Shown: positions 14,544 to 28,087, numbered from the whole stretch's first letter. The stretch is DNA of 63,888 nt, filler included, from Octopus bimaculoides (GCF_001194135.2; 4 parts of 4 records of this genome joined end to end with filler, not necessarily neighbours in it), one strand, 5' to 3'. Program-made: numbers and translations. Notes: generated by a model not told the origin, from the sequence alone.

Positions 14544-15639
14544 CCCGGTTGTTTTAATCGTGTAAATTGAAATGATATGTTTTTAACGATATTATTAGTA
14601 AAAACACACATGCGCATAAAATTTGATTATTCATTGAAATGGAGATAATAAATACGATTTTCATATATATATATATGTATATCATGGACACGCACACACA
14701 CACATACACACACACACACAACAGGGTCGCCCCCCACCCTGCCGGAGCCTCATGGAGCTTTAGATGTTTTCGCTCAATAAACACTCACAACGTCAGGTCT
14801 GGGAATCGAAACCACGATCCTCCGACCGCGATTCTGCTGCCGTAACCACTGGGCCATTGCGCCTCCGTGGTAATATCATGCGTTCAAAATAATAGATTTT
14901 GCTCCTATAGTTCTTATAATGATATCACATAGATGTGCTATATGTTTTAAAGTTATCTGTTCTGATATTTTTTCCTGTTTCCTCTAATTGTTCGAGCGGT
15001 TGCTGCGCTTATATCAAACTGCTTCGAACTTTCTGGTGAAACCTTTCCCTTTTGAGTTTGATTTAATATATTAATTATCATTTATATTTTATCTTTTATC
15101 TTTTACTTGCTTCAGTCATTGGACTGCGGCCTTGCTGGGGCACTGCGTTGATGGGTTTTAGTTGAACGGACTGTCCACAGTAGTTATCTTTTTAAAGCCT
15201 GACATTTATTATATCGGTCTTTTATACCTTAGAATGATGGATTAACTCAGCATTTGAAGGTCGATATTCAATTTCGAAAATATTCATCATCATCGTCATC
15301 ATTAGTATCATCGTCGTCGTCATCATCATCATCATAACCGCCATCATCATCGTTTTCCTCTCTATTTTATCATGATTATATGGATCGGACGAAATTCACC
15401 GGGATACATTTTTTCCACAGTCGAATGCCCATCTTGAGTTCAACTTTCAAGCAGCGTAACAAAGAACAGTTCGGACATGATTTTGCGGAGGATAGCCAAC
15501 ATACGACATATTAATATTAGTGGTTATTCAAAGCATGAACAATGTAGGCAAGTTTAAAAAGTATGATGGAACTGGAACTCCGAAGCCACAGAGAGCTCAC
15601 CTAAAAACAGCCATGGTGGAAATCGGGCAAAGAATAAAA

Positions 15640-16519
15640 GTTTAGGCTCCTAATCCTTGTGCTATTAGCATGCAAAACTAAATGCAGTACCCATTAAATA
15701 CACTGGACCTGGAGGGACTGCAATCCCAGAAGCAGAGACAGTGCGAGACCTAGGCATTTACATGAGTAATAATGCATCCTTTCATGTTCATGTTGCTAAA
15801 TTGTCAATGAAATGCAGGCGACTGACCGAATGGATTCTTAGGACTTTTAGAACAAGAGATCAGGAAACCATGATGGTGCTCTGGAAGACACTTGTTCTAA
15901 GCCACTTTGACTATTGCTCTCAGCTATGGTCACCAACCAGTGTCAAATTAATGTCAGAACTTGAGGCAATCCAACGAAGCTACACGAAGAAGATAGCCTC
16001 TATGCAGCATATTAGCTATTGGGAAAGACTCAAGAGATTAAGACTCTATTTCTTAGAGCGTAAACGAGAAAGATATGCCATAATATACATCTGGAAGATC
16101 CTCGAAGGAATTGTCCCAAACTTTGGCATCGAAAGTTACACAAATAAAAGAACTGGACGCCATTGCATAGTGCCAAGGACTTCAAATTTGCCATCAAGAT
16201 GTATGACAAGATACTGCAATAGCTTGGGCTTCAGAGGTCCACAGCTATTCAATATCCTCCCGAAGGACCTGAGAGACCTGCATGCGGTGGATGTAGGTGT
16301 CTTCAAGATGAGGTTGGATTTCTTCCTGTCAGGTGTCCCAGATGAACCAACTTCACGGCAGGAGGTGCAGATGAGAGCAGCTGCATCAAACTCTCTCATG
16401 CCCCAAATGTCAATTCATGAAGTAAAATCCATGAAGTAAAATTGTGCAGCAACACCAAATGGTGGTGCCCCAGCATGGCCACAGCTCGTGAGCTGAAACT
16501 AGACAAAATGAAAAAAATG

Positions 16520-16520
<1 letters not shown>
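15640..16520 (+). mobile_element. 5'-truncated CR1/L2-group LINE (ORF2 C-terminus and 3' end)
   Basis: VRDLGIYMS...LWKTLVLSHFDYCSQLWSP...LEAIQRSYTKKI...SYWERLKRLRL...GPQLFNILP, typical of the post-RT region. Ends in a stem-loop and an AAATG-type tail. Confidence 0.9.
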
Positions 16521-16567
<47 letters not shown>

Positions 16568-17085
16568 TACATATAAGATAATAATTTATTTTCAAAAGCA
16601 CAAACGTTGATAGAACAGCAGAGACAGGATAAAATATCCATACAAGACGAAAAAATATGTCAGCAACCAGCCATGAGACTTGAACTCATATCCTTTTGAT
16701 TACCGGTCAAGTGTTTCTAAGGCAAACATTGGTTTGTTTACATTTATCGAAATAAACTTGCAGCCTTGCAGTGTTCTGCTCGGTAGCTTTATAATTTCTA
16801 AAATCTATCAGTGGATAGATTAGCTTCATTGTAAAACACTTGACCGTTAACCAAAGGGATGTGAGTTCAAGTTTCATGGCTAGCTGCTGACATATTTTGC
16901 CGATTTGTATAGCCAGTTACATGGACAGATATTTGTGAATGTGCATCAAATACAACCTAGCACCCTGTTGACTAAAAATATTGTTGAAAAATACCTAGGG
17001 ACGCTTGTTACATGAAACATTAATAGTAAAGAAGTCACTAATATATGAGCTTAATATAGCGGACTTAGACATTTTAATTAATATA

Positions 17086-17230
17086 CTAGAGTGTTAGCCG
17101 TCATATGACGGGTAACTTTTGTAAGTATACTTTTGCTATCATGGGAAATTTGATAAAAGTTAACTGATAATTTTAATTAATTGTCATATTTCCCGCTATT
17201 ATCCATGGTGGCAAATAGTATTTTTGTAAT
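17086..17230 (-). mobile_element. Helitron-like 3' terminus fragment
   Basis: Perfect palindrome CCGTCATATGACGG (17098-17111), then 8 nt, then CTAG|T on the minus strand. Confidence 0.5.
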
Positions 17231-17234
17231 ATTT

Positions 17235-17700
17235 GTAGAGATATAATCATTTGGAACTGTTTGTTATAAATTCTTAAAGAAACGGAAAGAACAGCGTTTA
17301 ATATTCGAGCTTGGCTCTATGTCACGGACAGGTTTAAATGAACGTTTTTCCTTTTCATGCAACGTATTCTCTCAGCTCATTAAACCCTTTCTCATCCTCC
17401 AACTCCTTTGTCACCTTATTTTTCCCCTTTCACCTCACTCTCGACTTTGCCTGCTTCTCCTCATTCCAGCACCCTTTCTTTTTTTCTTTCTCTTACTGTT
17501 ACTCCTCCCACTTCTTGTTCACAGATGAAACTCGCGTGATCCAGCGTTCCTTATCAGTTGTAGCGATTTTTTTCTCTTTAACTTCAAGGCTGTAAAACTC
17601 TGCTGTCTCTCATTTGTTTCTCTCTTTTCAACTTTTTTCTGAAGAAGGCCATTGTCCGAAACGCTGGCTTTTTCATTCTTCACGATATTCTTTCCATTCC
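17235..17700 (+). mobile_element. Penelope-like element 3' fragment with degenerate hammerhead
   Basis: RKEQRLIFELGSMSRTGLNERFSF resembles the end of the PLE GIY-YIG domain. CTGAAGA-A-GGCCATTGTCC-GAAAC lies at 17639-17662. Confidence 0.65.
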
Positions 17701-18289
17701 TTTTACAACATAATATAAGTCTTGACGACGCAGACCAGGTTCAGCTTCTTTAGAGCCTGATCATACACACACACACACACACACCTAGATGTATGTGTGT
17801 TGGTATGTATGTATTTATATATAAATATACACCTATATGTGTGTGGGGGGGGGGAGATGTACGTGGCTGTCTGATAAGAAGTTTGCTTTCCAATGGCATG
17901 GTTCTGGATTCGGTCCCCTTGGGTAAATGTCTACCATATCCCCNNNNNNNNNNNNNNNNNNNNNNNNNNNNNNNNNNNNNNNNNNNNNNNNNNNNNNNNN
18001 NNNNNNNNNNNNNNNNNNNNNNNNNNNNNNNNNNNNNNNNNNNNNNNNNNNNNNNNNNNNNNNNNNNNNNNNNNNNNNNNNNNNNNNNNNNNNNNNNNNN
18101 NNNNNNNNNNNNNNNNNNNNNNNNNNNNNNNNNNNNNNNNNNNNNNNNNNNNNNNNNNNNNNNNNNNNNNNNNNNNNNNNNNNNNNNNNNNNNNNNNNNN
18201 NNNNNNNNNNNNNNNNNNNNNNNNNNNNNNNNNNNNATATATATATATATATATACATACATATATATGAATGCAGGATAAATCCAACG

Positions 18290-19020
18290 ATGTTTTATGT
18301 CTACTTTTCCAGATACAACTTGGTGTATTGATGAACAGATAACGGCGTTGGAGATCATAAAGATCACAGTTGTAGTTGATCAAAAGTTATCTGACATGGA
18401 GGACTAGAAGTCATCTGAATATTGGAAAAGAGTTTCTGTGTCATGGTGATTTCCGACGGATATCAAAACTCCTACCTCTTGTTTAATATTCTGTGAACAC
18501 TATTAAGGCTGTAAAGCGTACCATGGACATCATGAAAACCAAGTTTCCCCAAACTGCGATAGTTTTCGGAATGTGTCTTCAGTAAAGGTGACCCCCACCC
18601 CTTCGAACAAAGCCTTAGACTCAATTCGGACGGCTTTGTGAAGCTGTTGGAGATTGTGGTAGCAGGATTCAGCTCCTTGCCATACCTCTAGAATGAGTCA
18701 GAAGTGTTTGTCGGACTTTCCCAGTCCCAATTTCTGGCCTTCTAATTCTCCCGATTGTAATTCCATGGACTATTATATGTGAAGCGGGTTGAGAAAGACT
18801 CTGCCTGCAATACCAAGGCTGAGCTGGTTGTCAAGATCAAGGATGTGTTTGAATGTCTTCCCAGGTACACAATAAGGCATGCATTCGCCAGGTTCCGGAG
18901 CCATCTTGGCATCGTGGTGGAAACTAAGGTTGGTACTTTGAGTAAACAGTTATCTGCTAACCATAATTTAGTTGGTATTCTTTGATTTTTAAAAATATTT
19001 TAGTTTTTGGACCCCACATT
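18290..19020 (+). mobile_element. Degenerate maT/DD37D-like Tc1-mariner transposase
   Basis: Frameshifted MKTKFPQTAIVFG, QDSAPCHTS, FWPSNSPDCNSMDYY and CNTKAELVVKIKDVF...RFRSHL. Confidence 0.8.
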
Positions 19021-19116
19021 ATGTTTACTCTTTCTTTTGTGCAAACTGTCAAATTTAGTCCAAACATCTTATCTATACATATGTACTCGTATATATATAT
19101 ATATATNNNNNNNNNN

Positions 19117-19160
<44 letters not shown>

Positions 19161-20279
19161 AAAGCTATATCATATTTTACTATTTCATTTCAAAATGTCT
19201 TGAAAAAATAATAATTTTCTAAATAGCAAGCATCCACGACGTTGATGTGCAGCTCTAGTATCTGGAGCCATGACTGAATCTAGTATAAACCTTTCCAGGG
19301 ACATGTCGGTAGTCTACTATTGGTGGCTTTCTTGATAAGAGCAATTGTTGTTGCTTAACTCCAGATTAACTCTGATTGAGCAGACGTGTAATCAATGGCA
19401 TTCCAAAAATAAACACCCTGTTTTTCTTTTGTTCAGGTATTATGGATTAGAAGTATATTATTCGATATATACTTTTCTTCACAATTCATTAATCTGTAAT
19501 TAAAGGGAGACTTGACTGTTTCTCGCAGATTGATCAACCACATGGATAATTCCTAGATATCTTGCTTGAAGTTTTGAACTGGTCACCATCAACCAACGAA
19601 ACATTTGTCAATTGCACAAACCCGCTCCACTGCTGACTTTTTGAACACAATTCATACTTAGGCCCTTTGACTGTTGTTTTGATTAGACATCATACCAACA
19701 ATAGATTACAGTTTGTCATAAAGTAGCTATGTAGCAATGAACAATAAAGGACGGTTTACTTATAACGTACCAACAAAGCAGCAAAAAAGGAGATATCAGT
19801 TATTAACAACATAGCTGCACACAAGAGGTGACTGTTTGTTATAGAATAGTGCATGTTTTAAAGTTTAAAAAATGCTGCTCGTGAAACATATTTAGGAAAC
19901 AAAACACAATACATATATTTCAATATGTTAATGTCCTCCGAACATCAAATCTAAATGGAGAGGACTGTCACGGATGTTGATCCGGTGCAGTTAAACTAAC
20001 ATTGTACTCGGATATTGACACGATGTAGTTAACCTAGCATTTTAAGATTATTAGTAGCACAGCTTGTCACTTGTACCGCTGTATTAAATATCCTCGTCAG
20101 TAATGTTGAGTAGATGTTCGGGTTGTTAGGGTTAGGGTGACCTCATTTTATTTCATTGTATCCGGCAATACGCTTAACTTTTAATGGCCTTGATCCAACG
20201 AGAGAGCCTATACACGTGCACTAGACATGCTAAAAATAGCAGTAACCCCCTAAATTCATATTATACTATTTAAAAAAAA

Positions 20280-20875
20280 CAAAGAGTGCATTGGTTAGCA
20301 CAGTCCATGAGACACTGGATCAACAGACTATTTATGTTACTTGGTATCGAGTTCGATCCGAACTTCTTGTTGAAAAGGAACTGGGAAGGCTTACAGACAG
20401 ATCTTACCTCGAAATGAGCTGAGGATAAGCTATCCCTGAAAGGATGGGCAGAAGTGACGTACGCATATATCAGCACTGTTATGTATTACCGTTTGACCGG
20501 TTGTACTTTGTTCCAGACTTCGTCTGACCAGATTAGGGCGTCTTCTTTTCTTTTTGTAAAAGGATCGTATTCATGCTCGCAGCCGGTTCATTTGTCGCCA
20601 ACATTCTGTGTGGAGAAGGCTCGGTAAGCTGTGACTGATGATATGAAGACATGCTTCAAAGCTGTCGCACGTTGTCAAGCACTTCCTCCTACATGTTTCT
20701 TTGTCGGGGATGTAATTCTGGTCAAGCGAGATCCCGAATGGTCTCCTGATATCTTGGATGTTGTCAGATTCAAGCCCTTTACCAATCGAGCCAAAATTCA
20801 TGGTGAAACTTCCACATTAGCATTCTATAAAGAACTAGTAGTGACAAAGAACGTCGACGTCACGGGGTATCTCTG
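20280..20875 (+). mobile_element. Tx1/L1-clade LINE ORF2 fragment (post-RT)
   Basis: LSLKGWAEVTYAYISTVMYYRLT and FICRQHSVWRRLG resemble the L1/Tx1 LSLxGR...YRL and GGLG motifs. Contains stops and frameshifts. Confidence 0.6.
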
Positions 20876-20964
20876 AACACCAATGAGTATTGAGTGGTGA
20901 GTCTACCATTTTTTAAACCTAAATCAGTGAAACAGGGATTTGAAATGGAATAAAATGTACAAGA

Positions 20965-22682
20965 ACAACCGAAAATAATCAACTTATCAAAGAAAATCCT
21001 AAGTATTACACAAACTAAAATTCTAGCAAGAGGTTTAAAGTTTACCCGAACCCCTCGCAGATCGAACCCGAATGAAATTAAGGATAACACTATGGATTTC
21101 TGCCGAAAATTACGCCTCACAGAAACACTTCACAACTACACCAGCGAATATGAGTCAATAGTAAAAAACAAAAGTGAATACTGTCCTACAAAAGACAGAA
21201 ATAAAGCACTTGATGCTTTTTGTGAACACATTACCAGTTTTCCTTTTAATACCCTACAAAAACAACGAATTAAATCCAACCTTAATGTAAACGAATGGAA
21301 AGACCTAATCGAGTTTTAAAAATGATATAAACCTCACCATTAAAGAAGCCGACAAAGAAAGTGAGGTAGTGGTGATGGACACAGAGTACTACAAAATGTT
21401 AATACTCTCTATGTTGAAAAATGATATTTACTATGAGAAGATAGTACAATACAACCCACAGAAGACACTTAAAAACTTATTCTCTTTACTTCAAATACAT
21501 GGAAAGGGCCTCATTAAACATGAAATTGACTATTTATCCAATTTTAAATACAGACCTAGTCTATTCTACGGATTACCTAAAATACACAAAAATCCACATA
21601 TTTGTAAAGCTTGCAAAGTTTTTCCAAGCCTATGCATTAATATTCATCCTCCTACTGACCTCAAACTGAGACCTATCATTGCTGGCCCTGCTTGTGAAAC
21701 CCACCGTTTGAGCAACTTCCTCGACATCTTACTCAAACCGTTTCTAAAATATGTGAAAAGCTTCATCAGGGATGATTTAGACATGCTTAACCACCGCCCA
21801 AAGACAATCTTTCGATGTGGTGAATTTGTACACCAATATCCTACAAGATTATGGTATAGAAGCGATCACCTTCTGGCTAGAAAAATACCCACAAGAGATC
21901 CGAGGACGCATCAACCATAGATTCATAATCGCAGCACTCAAATTTATCCTACTGAACAACTATTTCATGTTCGATACAGTTTAATATCGACAAAAATGTG
22001 GAATTGCAATGGGAACCCGAGCTTCTCCAGTGATTGCGAACCTTGTAATGGGTTACCTAGAGTTTAAAATATATCAATCATCACTACAAATATACGGCAC
22101 CTCATTTCATTGCTATTTAAAGGAGAACTAGAAGAGGTATTTGGACGATTGCTTTATATTTTGGAAAGACTGTATAGACAAACTCCTCGATTTCAAAATA
22201 ATGCTTAACAATATTAATAGCAACAAGCAATTCACCATGGATCACAGCAGTAAATAACTCCCTTTTCTTGACATCCTAATTAAAATAGCCAATAACCACA
22301 TAGAAATAGACATCTTCTATAAAACTACAGATTCTAAACAATACCTATTATTCAACTCATGCCACCCCAAACACATAGAAATAAATATACCTTATAATCT
22401 AGCGAAACGAATCTGTATCATAGTTTCGGACACCTGTACTCGTGAACGAAGACTCCTTGAACTCAGATCAATACTAATCAAAACATTATCCAATATCATT
22501 AATAACGGATGGAATTAAACGAGCTAAGGAAATAGATACACGAACATTAAGGGAAGTCAACCGAAATACTAAACCAGACTTAAAACTACTCCCATACATC
22601 TCCACACATAACCCTAGAAACAACGAAGCCTTTAACATTATCATCCAAAATCTATCCATCCTCACAAGAGATAAAACAATGA
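20965..22682 (+). mobile_element. Penelope-like retroelement RT, decayed
   Basis: IINLSKKILS..ILARGLKFT, ADK..VVVMD, FYGLPKIHK, LRPIIAGP, MGTRASPVIANLVMGYLE, YLDDCFIFW, PFLDILI and QYLLFNSCHP. Cut by the join at 22683. Confidence 0.92.
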
Positions 22683-22782
22683 NNNNNNNNNNNNNNNNNN
22701 NNNNNNNNNNNNNNNNNNNNNNNNNNTTAATTAATTAANNNNNNNNNNNNNNNNNNNNNNNNNNNNNNNNNNNNNNNNNNNN
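22683..22782. other. Artificial scaffold join
   Basis: 44 N + TTAATTAATTAA + 44 N. Confidence 0.95.
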
Positions 22783-22808
22783 ATATATATATACATATAT
22801 AATGTGTT

Positions 22809-22859
<51 letters not shown>

Positions 22860-22897
22860 ATATTTATGTGTCTTTGTTTGTCCAGCCACCGTCACTT

Positions 22898-22937
<40 letters not shown>

Positions 22938-24060
22938 TTAGTATGTGTGTCTTTGTTCTGTGCTTGTCTCCTGCCACCCCTTGACAACAAGTGTTGGTGT
23001 GTTTATGTCTCCATAACTTAGCTGTTCAGCAAAAAAGTACTAGGCTTACAAAAAATAAGTCTTTGGTTTGGTTTCTTTGACTGAAGGCGGTGCTCCAGCA
23101 TGGCAGCAGTCAAATGACTGAAACAAGTAAAAGAATAAAGAATACACACACACACACACGTGTGTGTGTGCTTGTAAGTGATAGTAAACATATGTAATGA
23201 TCTGTATGTAGCATATACATAAATGAAAGGATGAAAATATTATTAATTGAAATGGCACCTTATTTTGATTGTTACAAAGTAAGATATAACTCCTTCAAGG
23301 TGTTGTTACAAATTATTTCCCATTCTAAAATCCATCTGGTAGGTAGTTAAATTAATCCTTTGTTGACTGCTAGAAGATAGATGGTAGAAGTGAGAGAGAA
23401 AGAATAAAAGAATCTACCTATCTGTCTTGTCCAATTAGAAAGGGTGAAAGGTGTGTAGTCTCTCACATGAGGTGCTTCTGCCATTGGTGCCAAAATTAAA
23501 GGAGCAAGAACTGAATTTCTGTTCTATACTTATATTTTTTTAACTAAATTAGGTCAGGTTAGACAAAGGATCTTCTCTCTCTTGTCTGCCTGAACCCCAT
23601 TTAATCCAGTGGATTAAGAGCATCATTCAAACATGATCGTTGCCAGGGCCGCTGACTGGCTCCCATGCTGGTGGCACGTAAAAAGCATCATTTGAGTGTG
23701 ATTGTGCCCGCATCACCTGACTAGCTCCTGTGCTGGTGGCATGTAAAAAGCACCATTTGAGCATGGCCAATTCCACTACTGCCTGACTGACCCTCGTGTC
23801 GGTGGTAAGTAAAAGCACCAACTATACTCTAGGAGTGGTTGGCAATAGGAAGGGCATCCAGCTGTAGAAACTTTGCCAGATCAGATTGGAGCTTGGTACA
23901 GCCTTCTGGCTCGCCAGCCTTCAGTCAAACTGTCCAACCCATGCCAGCATGGAAAGCGGACGTTAAACAACGATGATGAAATATAAAGAGCTAGAACTTG
24001 CTCATGCTTGCTTTATGCAGTCAATCGACCTTTGGAAAAAAATAGGCTATCTTATTGAAT

Positions 24061-24138
<78 letters not shown>

Positions 24139-24604
24139 GAGAGAGATAAATGAAGCGATAGATAAAGAGAGAGAGAGAAAGATAGGAGATATACTGGAAT
24201 AAGTTATGAGCAGATGTTCATGGCTGGACTGTCTTGATCAAAAGACTGTGTTATTACGACTGTCATTATGAAATTATTTCTAGATTTCAGGTCTGATCCG
24301 AATACGCTCAGCAGAGTGAATTGAATTAAAGCAGTGTTTCTTAAGCTGTGTGGTAACTACCCCTTTGGGAAGTGGGTGGCATGATGAGTTCTCAGAAGGG
24401 ATGGCCAGAACATTTTAAGGAGGTGTTATGGAGGGAGCTGAATGTTAAGAAAAGTCATGGTTTTTCTTCGAAATAAGATAAAGGTTTCAAATTTCGGTAC
24501 AAGGCCAGTAATTTTAGGAGAGTGGTAAGTTGCTTTCATCAACTCCGGTGCTCAGTTGGTACTTAATTTTATCAACCCTTAAAAGGATGAAAGGGGAAGT
24601 TGAC

Positions 24605-27370
24605 CTCATAACAGGTTATTGGCTGAAGGGCTTCACCTTTTATTGGTGAGATCTTATACAATTATGTGGAGAAATTATTAAGAGTGAACAAGAACTGCCC
24701 CATTGGTTATCAGCTGCAACTACTCTCTTCGTTCCCCATAAAATAGCCAATTGACTGCATAGAGCAATCATGGGCAAGTTCTAGCTCTTTATATATCATC
24801 ATCGTTGTTTAACTTCTGCTCTCCATGCTAGCATGGGTTGGACGATTTGACTGAGGACTGGTGAGCCAGAAAGCTACACCAAGCTCCAATCTGATCTGGC
24901 AAAGTTTCTACAGCTGGATGCCCTTCCTATCACCAACCACTCCTAGAGTATAGTTGGTGCTTTTACGTGCCACCAACATGAGGGTCAGTCAGGCAGTAGT
25001 GGCATCGGCCATGCACAAATGGTGCTTTCTATATGAAGTTCTGGCAGACTTCTGGACGATAATTTTAAGCTTAAAATTATCGTTCAGGAGTCTGCCAGAA
25101 CTTCATGTAGAAATTACACACTGGGTGCCTCAATCTGTTCTTGCAGGATCATTGTGCCACCAACAACATTATAACACCTGAACCAGCTGGAGGAAAGAAG
25201 GTGTGGGGCTGCTACTAATTAACAGAATGATCCAGGAATAAACAAGGAGAAATCACAGGAACTTAACCATAATATGGCTGGACTACCAGGAGGCTTTTGA
25301 TAGAATACCACATGGGTGGATTATCAAGACTTTACAATTAGCCAAAGTTCCACAACCATTGGTGAGTGCTATTGAATGCCTGACCAAGACTTTGTACGCC
25401 ACTTTACTCCTTGTCACTTTAGGAGTGACAAGGAACAAATTGATGAATAATAAAAAAAAAGGCATCTTTCCAGGCCATAGCTCGTTGGTGTTACTCTTTG
25501 TCCTCTCATTAAACCCACTGGTATACCCGCTTCCAAAACAGTGATCAGAGAAATGGATCCAGAAGTATCTCCTATCTTTTCTTTGCTGATAATCTAAAAC
25601 TGTATGGGACAAATATCAAACACATAAAAACCCCAAAAAACCATTGGACCTTATAAGCCAATTTTCTACAGACATTGGAATGAAATTTAATGGGTCCAAA
25701 TGTACATTTTTAACAATAAAATGTGGAAAAGTTGTGCTTTACTCCGAAAACTTAAGAATGATTGGCTTGACAATAGAACCTCTACAGTCAGGTAACAATT
25801 ATAGGTATAATTATAATTGTCAGGTGACAATTATAGATAGGTCCGTCATATCTGATGGACCCATCATTAAGGAGGGGACCAGAAATGAACACCTCAAGAG
25901 AATATGGTCATCAGAATTCTCAGCTTACAACAAAGATATTGTCTACAACACCTTTGCGGTGCTTGTCTGCATGCCTATGTTTGGCCTTCTGAACTGGTTG
26001 CTGGAAGAACTCAATGAGATGGATGTTTGAAATTACAAGCCACTTGGGGTTATAGGAAACTTCAACATCACTGGAGATGTAGACAGACTATAAAAGTAGT
26101 CTCAAATCTGTATTTATGTCATATAAAGCATGGGTTGTGACACTGTGTTGATGTCGTGATGAACAGATCGTGACACGGAAATAACATCTGCAGCAGAGGA
26201 ATGAGACCAGTAGCTATCTTGCACAAGTTTGTGACCATGCAATCATCAGCATAATTAAAATAGTTAACGAACATATGGTGAGACATGAAAAAAGAGCTGA
26301 TACAGATCTCTCACCAAGCAACATTGGTAAAATCTATTTATCAGAAGAACAAAATAAAAAATTGGGGCACATAAAACACAAACCTCAGAAGGGATTCTTC
26401 ATGTTAAATGTTTGCATAGAGTATTGACAAATTTATGACATCCTGCTTCAATGGCTACCTCTATGCAATTCAAGTGTAAGAGATCCCTCACCAAGTATCT
26501 GCAGCATAAAAGAACAGAAAACACTGACAGACAACAAATGTAGACTGTGTAAGATCAAGACTGAAGACATCAACCACATTATTGCCAACTGCGAGAGAAT
26601 GTCTTCTAGATATTATCTTCATATGAGGCATGATGTGGTGGCCAGAACAGTCTGGAAAAGGTGGCGAGCTGGCAGAAACATTAGCACGATGGGCGAAATG
26701 CTTAACGGTATTTCGTCTGCCACTACGTTCTGAGTTCAAATTCCACCGAGGTCGACTTTACCATTCATCCTTTCGGGGTCGATAAATAAAGTACCAGTTA
26801 TGCACTGGGGTCGATGTAATCGACTTAATCCCTTTGTCTGTCCTTGTTTGTCCCCTCTATGTTTAGCCCCTTGTGGGCAATAAAGAAATATAAAGAAATA
26901 AGAACAGTCTGGAAAAGGTTAAAAAAAAAACACCTACAAAGTTGACTCTGTTGATACCAATTGGTCAAAAGAAAATTGGTGCAAGTTAAAAATTAAAAGA
27001 GCCACAGAGTACAAAAAAAAAGGGGTCAGATATTGTTGTGTGAGGCCATAAGGAGGAGACATGTTCTGTTGTGGAAAATCAGCTGCCCTCTGGATACGAA
27101 TGTGGTTAGAAAAATACAAGAGAAAGAGGACATTTATGGACCTTTGATTAAGAAGTTTGCAAATCCAGTACCCAAAGAGCATTTTCATCTTCATACCTAT
27201 TATTATTGGAGCAACAGGATATATATTGACCAGTCTGGAGCAAAGTATATCTGAATCTGGCTTCTTGGGGGAGAGAATGCAAACTCTTAATTCACACGCT
27301 ACAAAAAAGGAAAACACATGCACACACACACACACACAATTTTAAGATACATTTTGCAGATGTTCTGGGA
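24605..27370 (+). mobile_element. R4/Dong-like non-LTR retrotransposon with C-terminal restriction-like endonuclease, decayed
   Basis: IWLDYQEAFDRIPHGWII, GIFPGHSSLVLLFVLSLNP, QFSTDIGMKFNGSKC, CCHC-like CRLCKIKTEDINHIIANC and endonuclease-like ISCPLDTNVVRKIQEKEDIY...IPIIIGATG. Interrupted by younger repeats. Confidence 0.8.
26663..26900 (+). mobile_element. Full-length tRNA-derived SINE (family B) with 19-bp TSD
   Basis: GGCGAGCTGGCAGAAAC head, GAGTTCAAATTCC B box and central TTCATCCTTTCGGGGTCGATAAA. AGAACAGTCTGGAAAAGGT is duplicated at 26644-26662 and 26901-26919. Confidence 0.93.
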
Positions 27371-27998
27371 TGCATCTCAGAGGGTTTTTAGGTCTTTCAA
27401 TATCAGACCCCATCATCCATTTGGCACAGCTGGGCTTGATCAAGTCCCAGGTTGCATTCTTGTAGCAACAAACCAGTTGTCTACCATTTTTTATCACACA
27501 CACACTTGTTTGTGTGTGTGTGTATATATATATATATATAGATGTGTATGTATGTGTTTGTCTGCATTTGCACCTTCTCACCCCACTTGACAACTAGTGT
27601 TGGTTTGTTTATGTTCTTGCAACTTAGCAGTTTGGAAAAAGAAACTGATAGAATAAGTACTAAATTTGATGAAACCCATCCCACCACCCCCCCAAAAAAA
27701 CCATGAACATTGGGGTTCAGTTAAAACCCTTCAAGGCATTGGCCCAGCATAATCACAGTCCAATGACTGAACCGAGTGAAAAATAAAAGATAACAAAAGA
27801 GATATGTGATTTGGTTGATAAAAATCCAGAGCCTCCCCCACCGTATTCACATACACATACACAATAACTGCAATACATATACATCAGACACGTACCATCA
27901 GTAATTACTCAGGGTAGGCAGTTGGTGATTATGTATAGGCTTGTGATTGAGTTGGAGGCAGATTTACTTCTGCCTTTATAGCGCATAAAGAAAATGTT

Positions 27999-28087
27999 GT
28001 AGGAATGTACACAGCAATACCATGTGTAGGAATGTACCATGTAGGAATGTACCATGTAGGAATGTACACAGCAATACCATGTGTAGC
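27999..28087. repeat. Minisatellite of GTAGGAATGTAC units
   Basis: Four GTAGGAATGTAC cores with two alternating spacer lengths. Confidence 0.9.

Noticed and set aside
27999-28087. CRISPR-like repeat-spacer pattern
   Set aside because: The spacers are themselves repeated, the context is eukaryotic and there are no cas genes.
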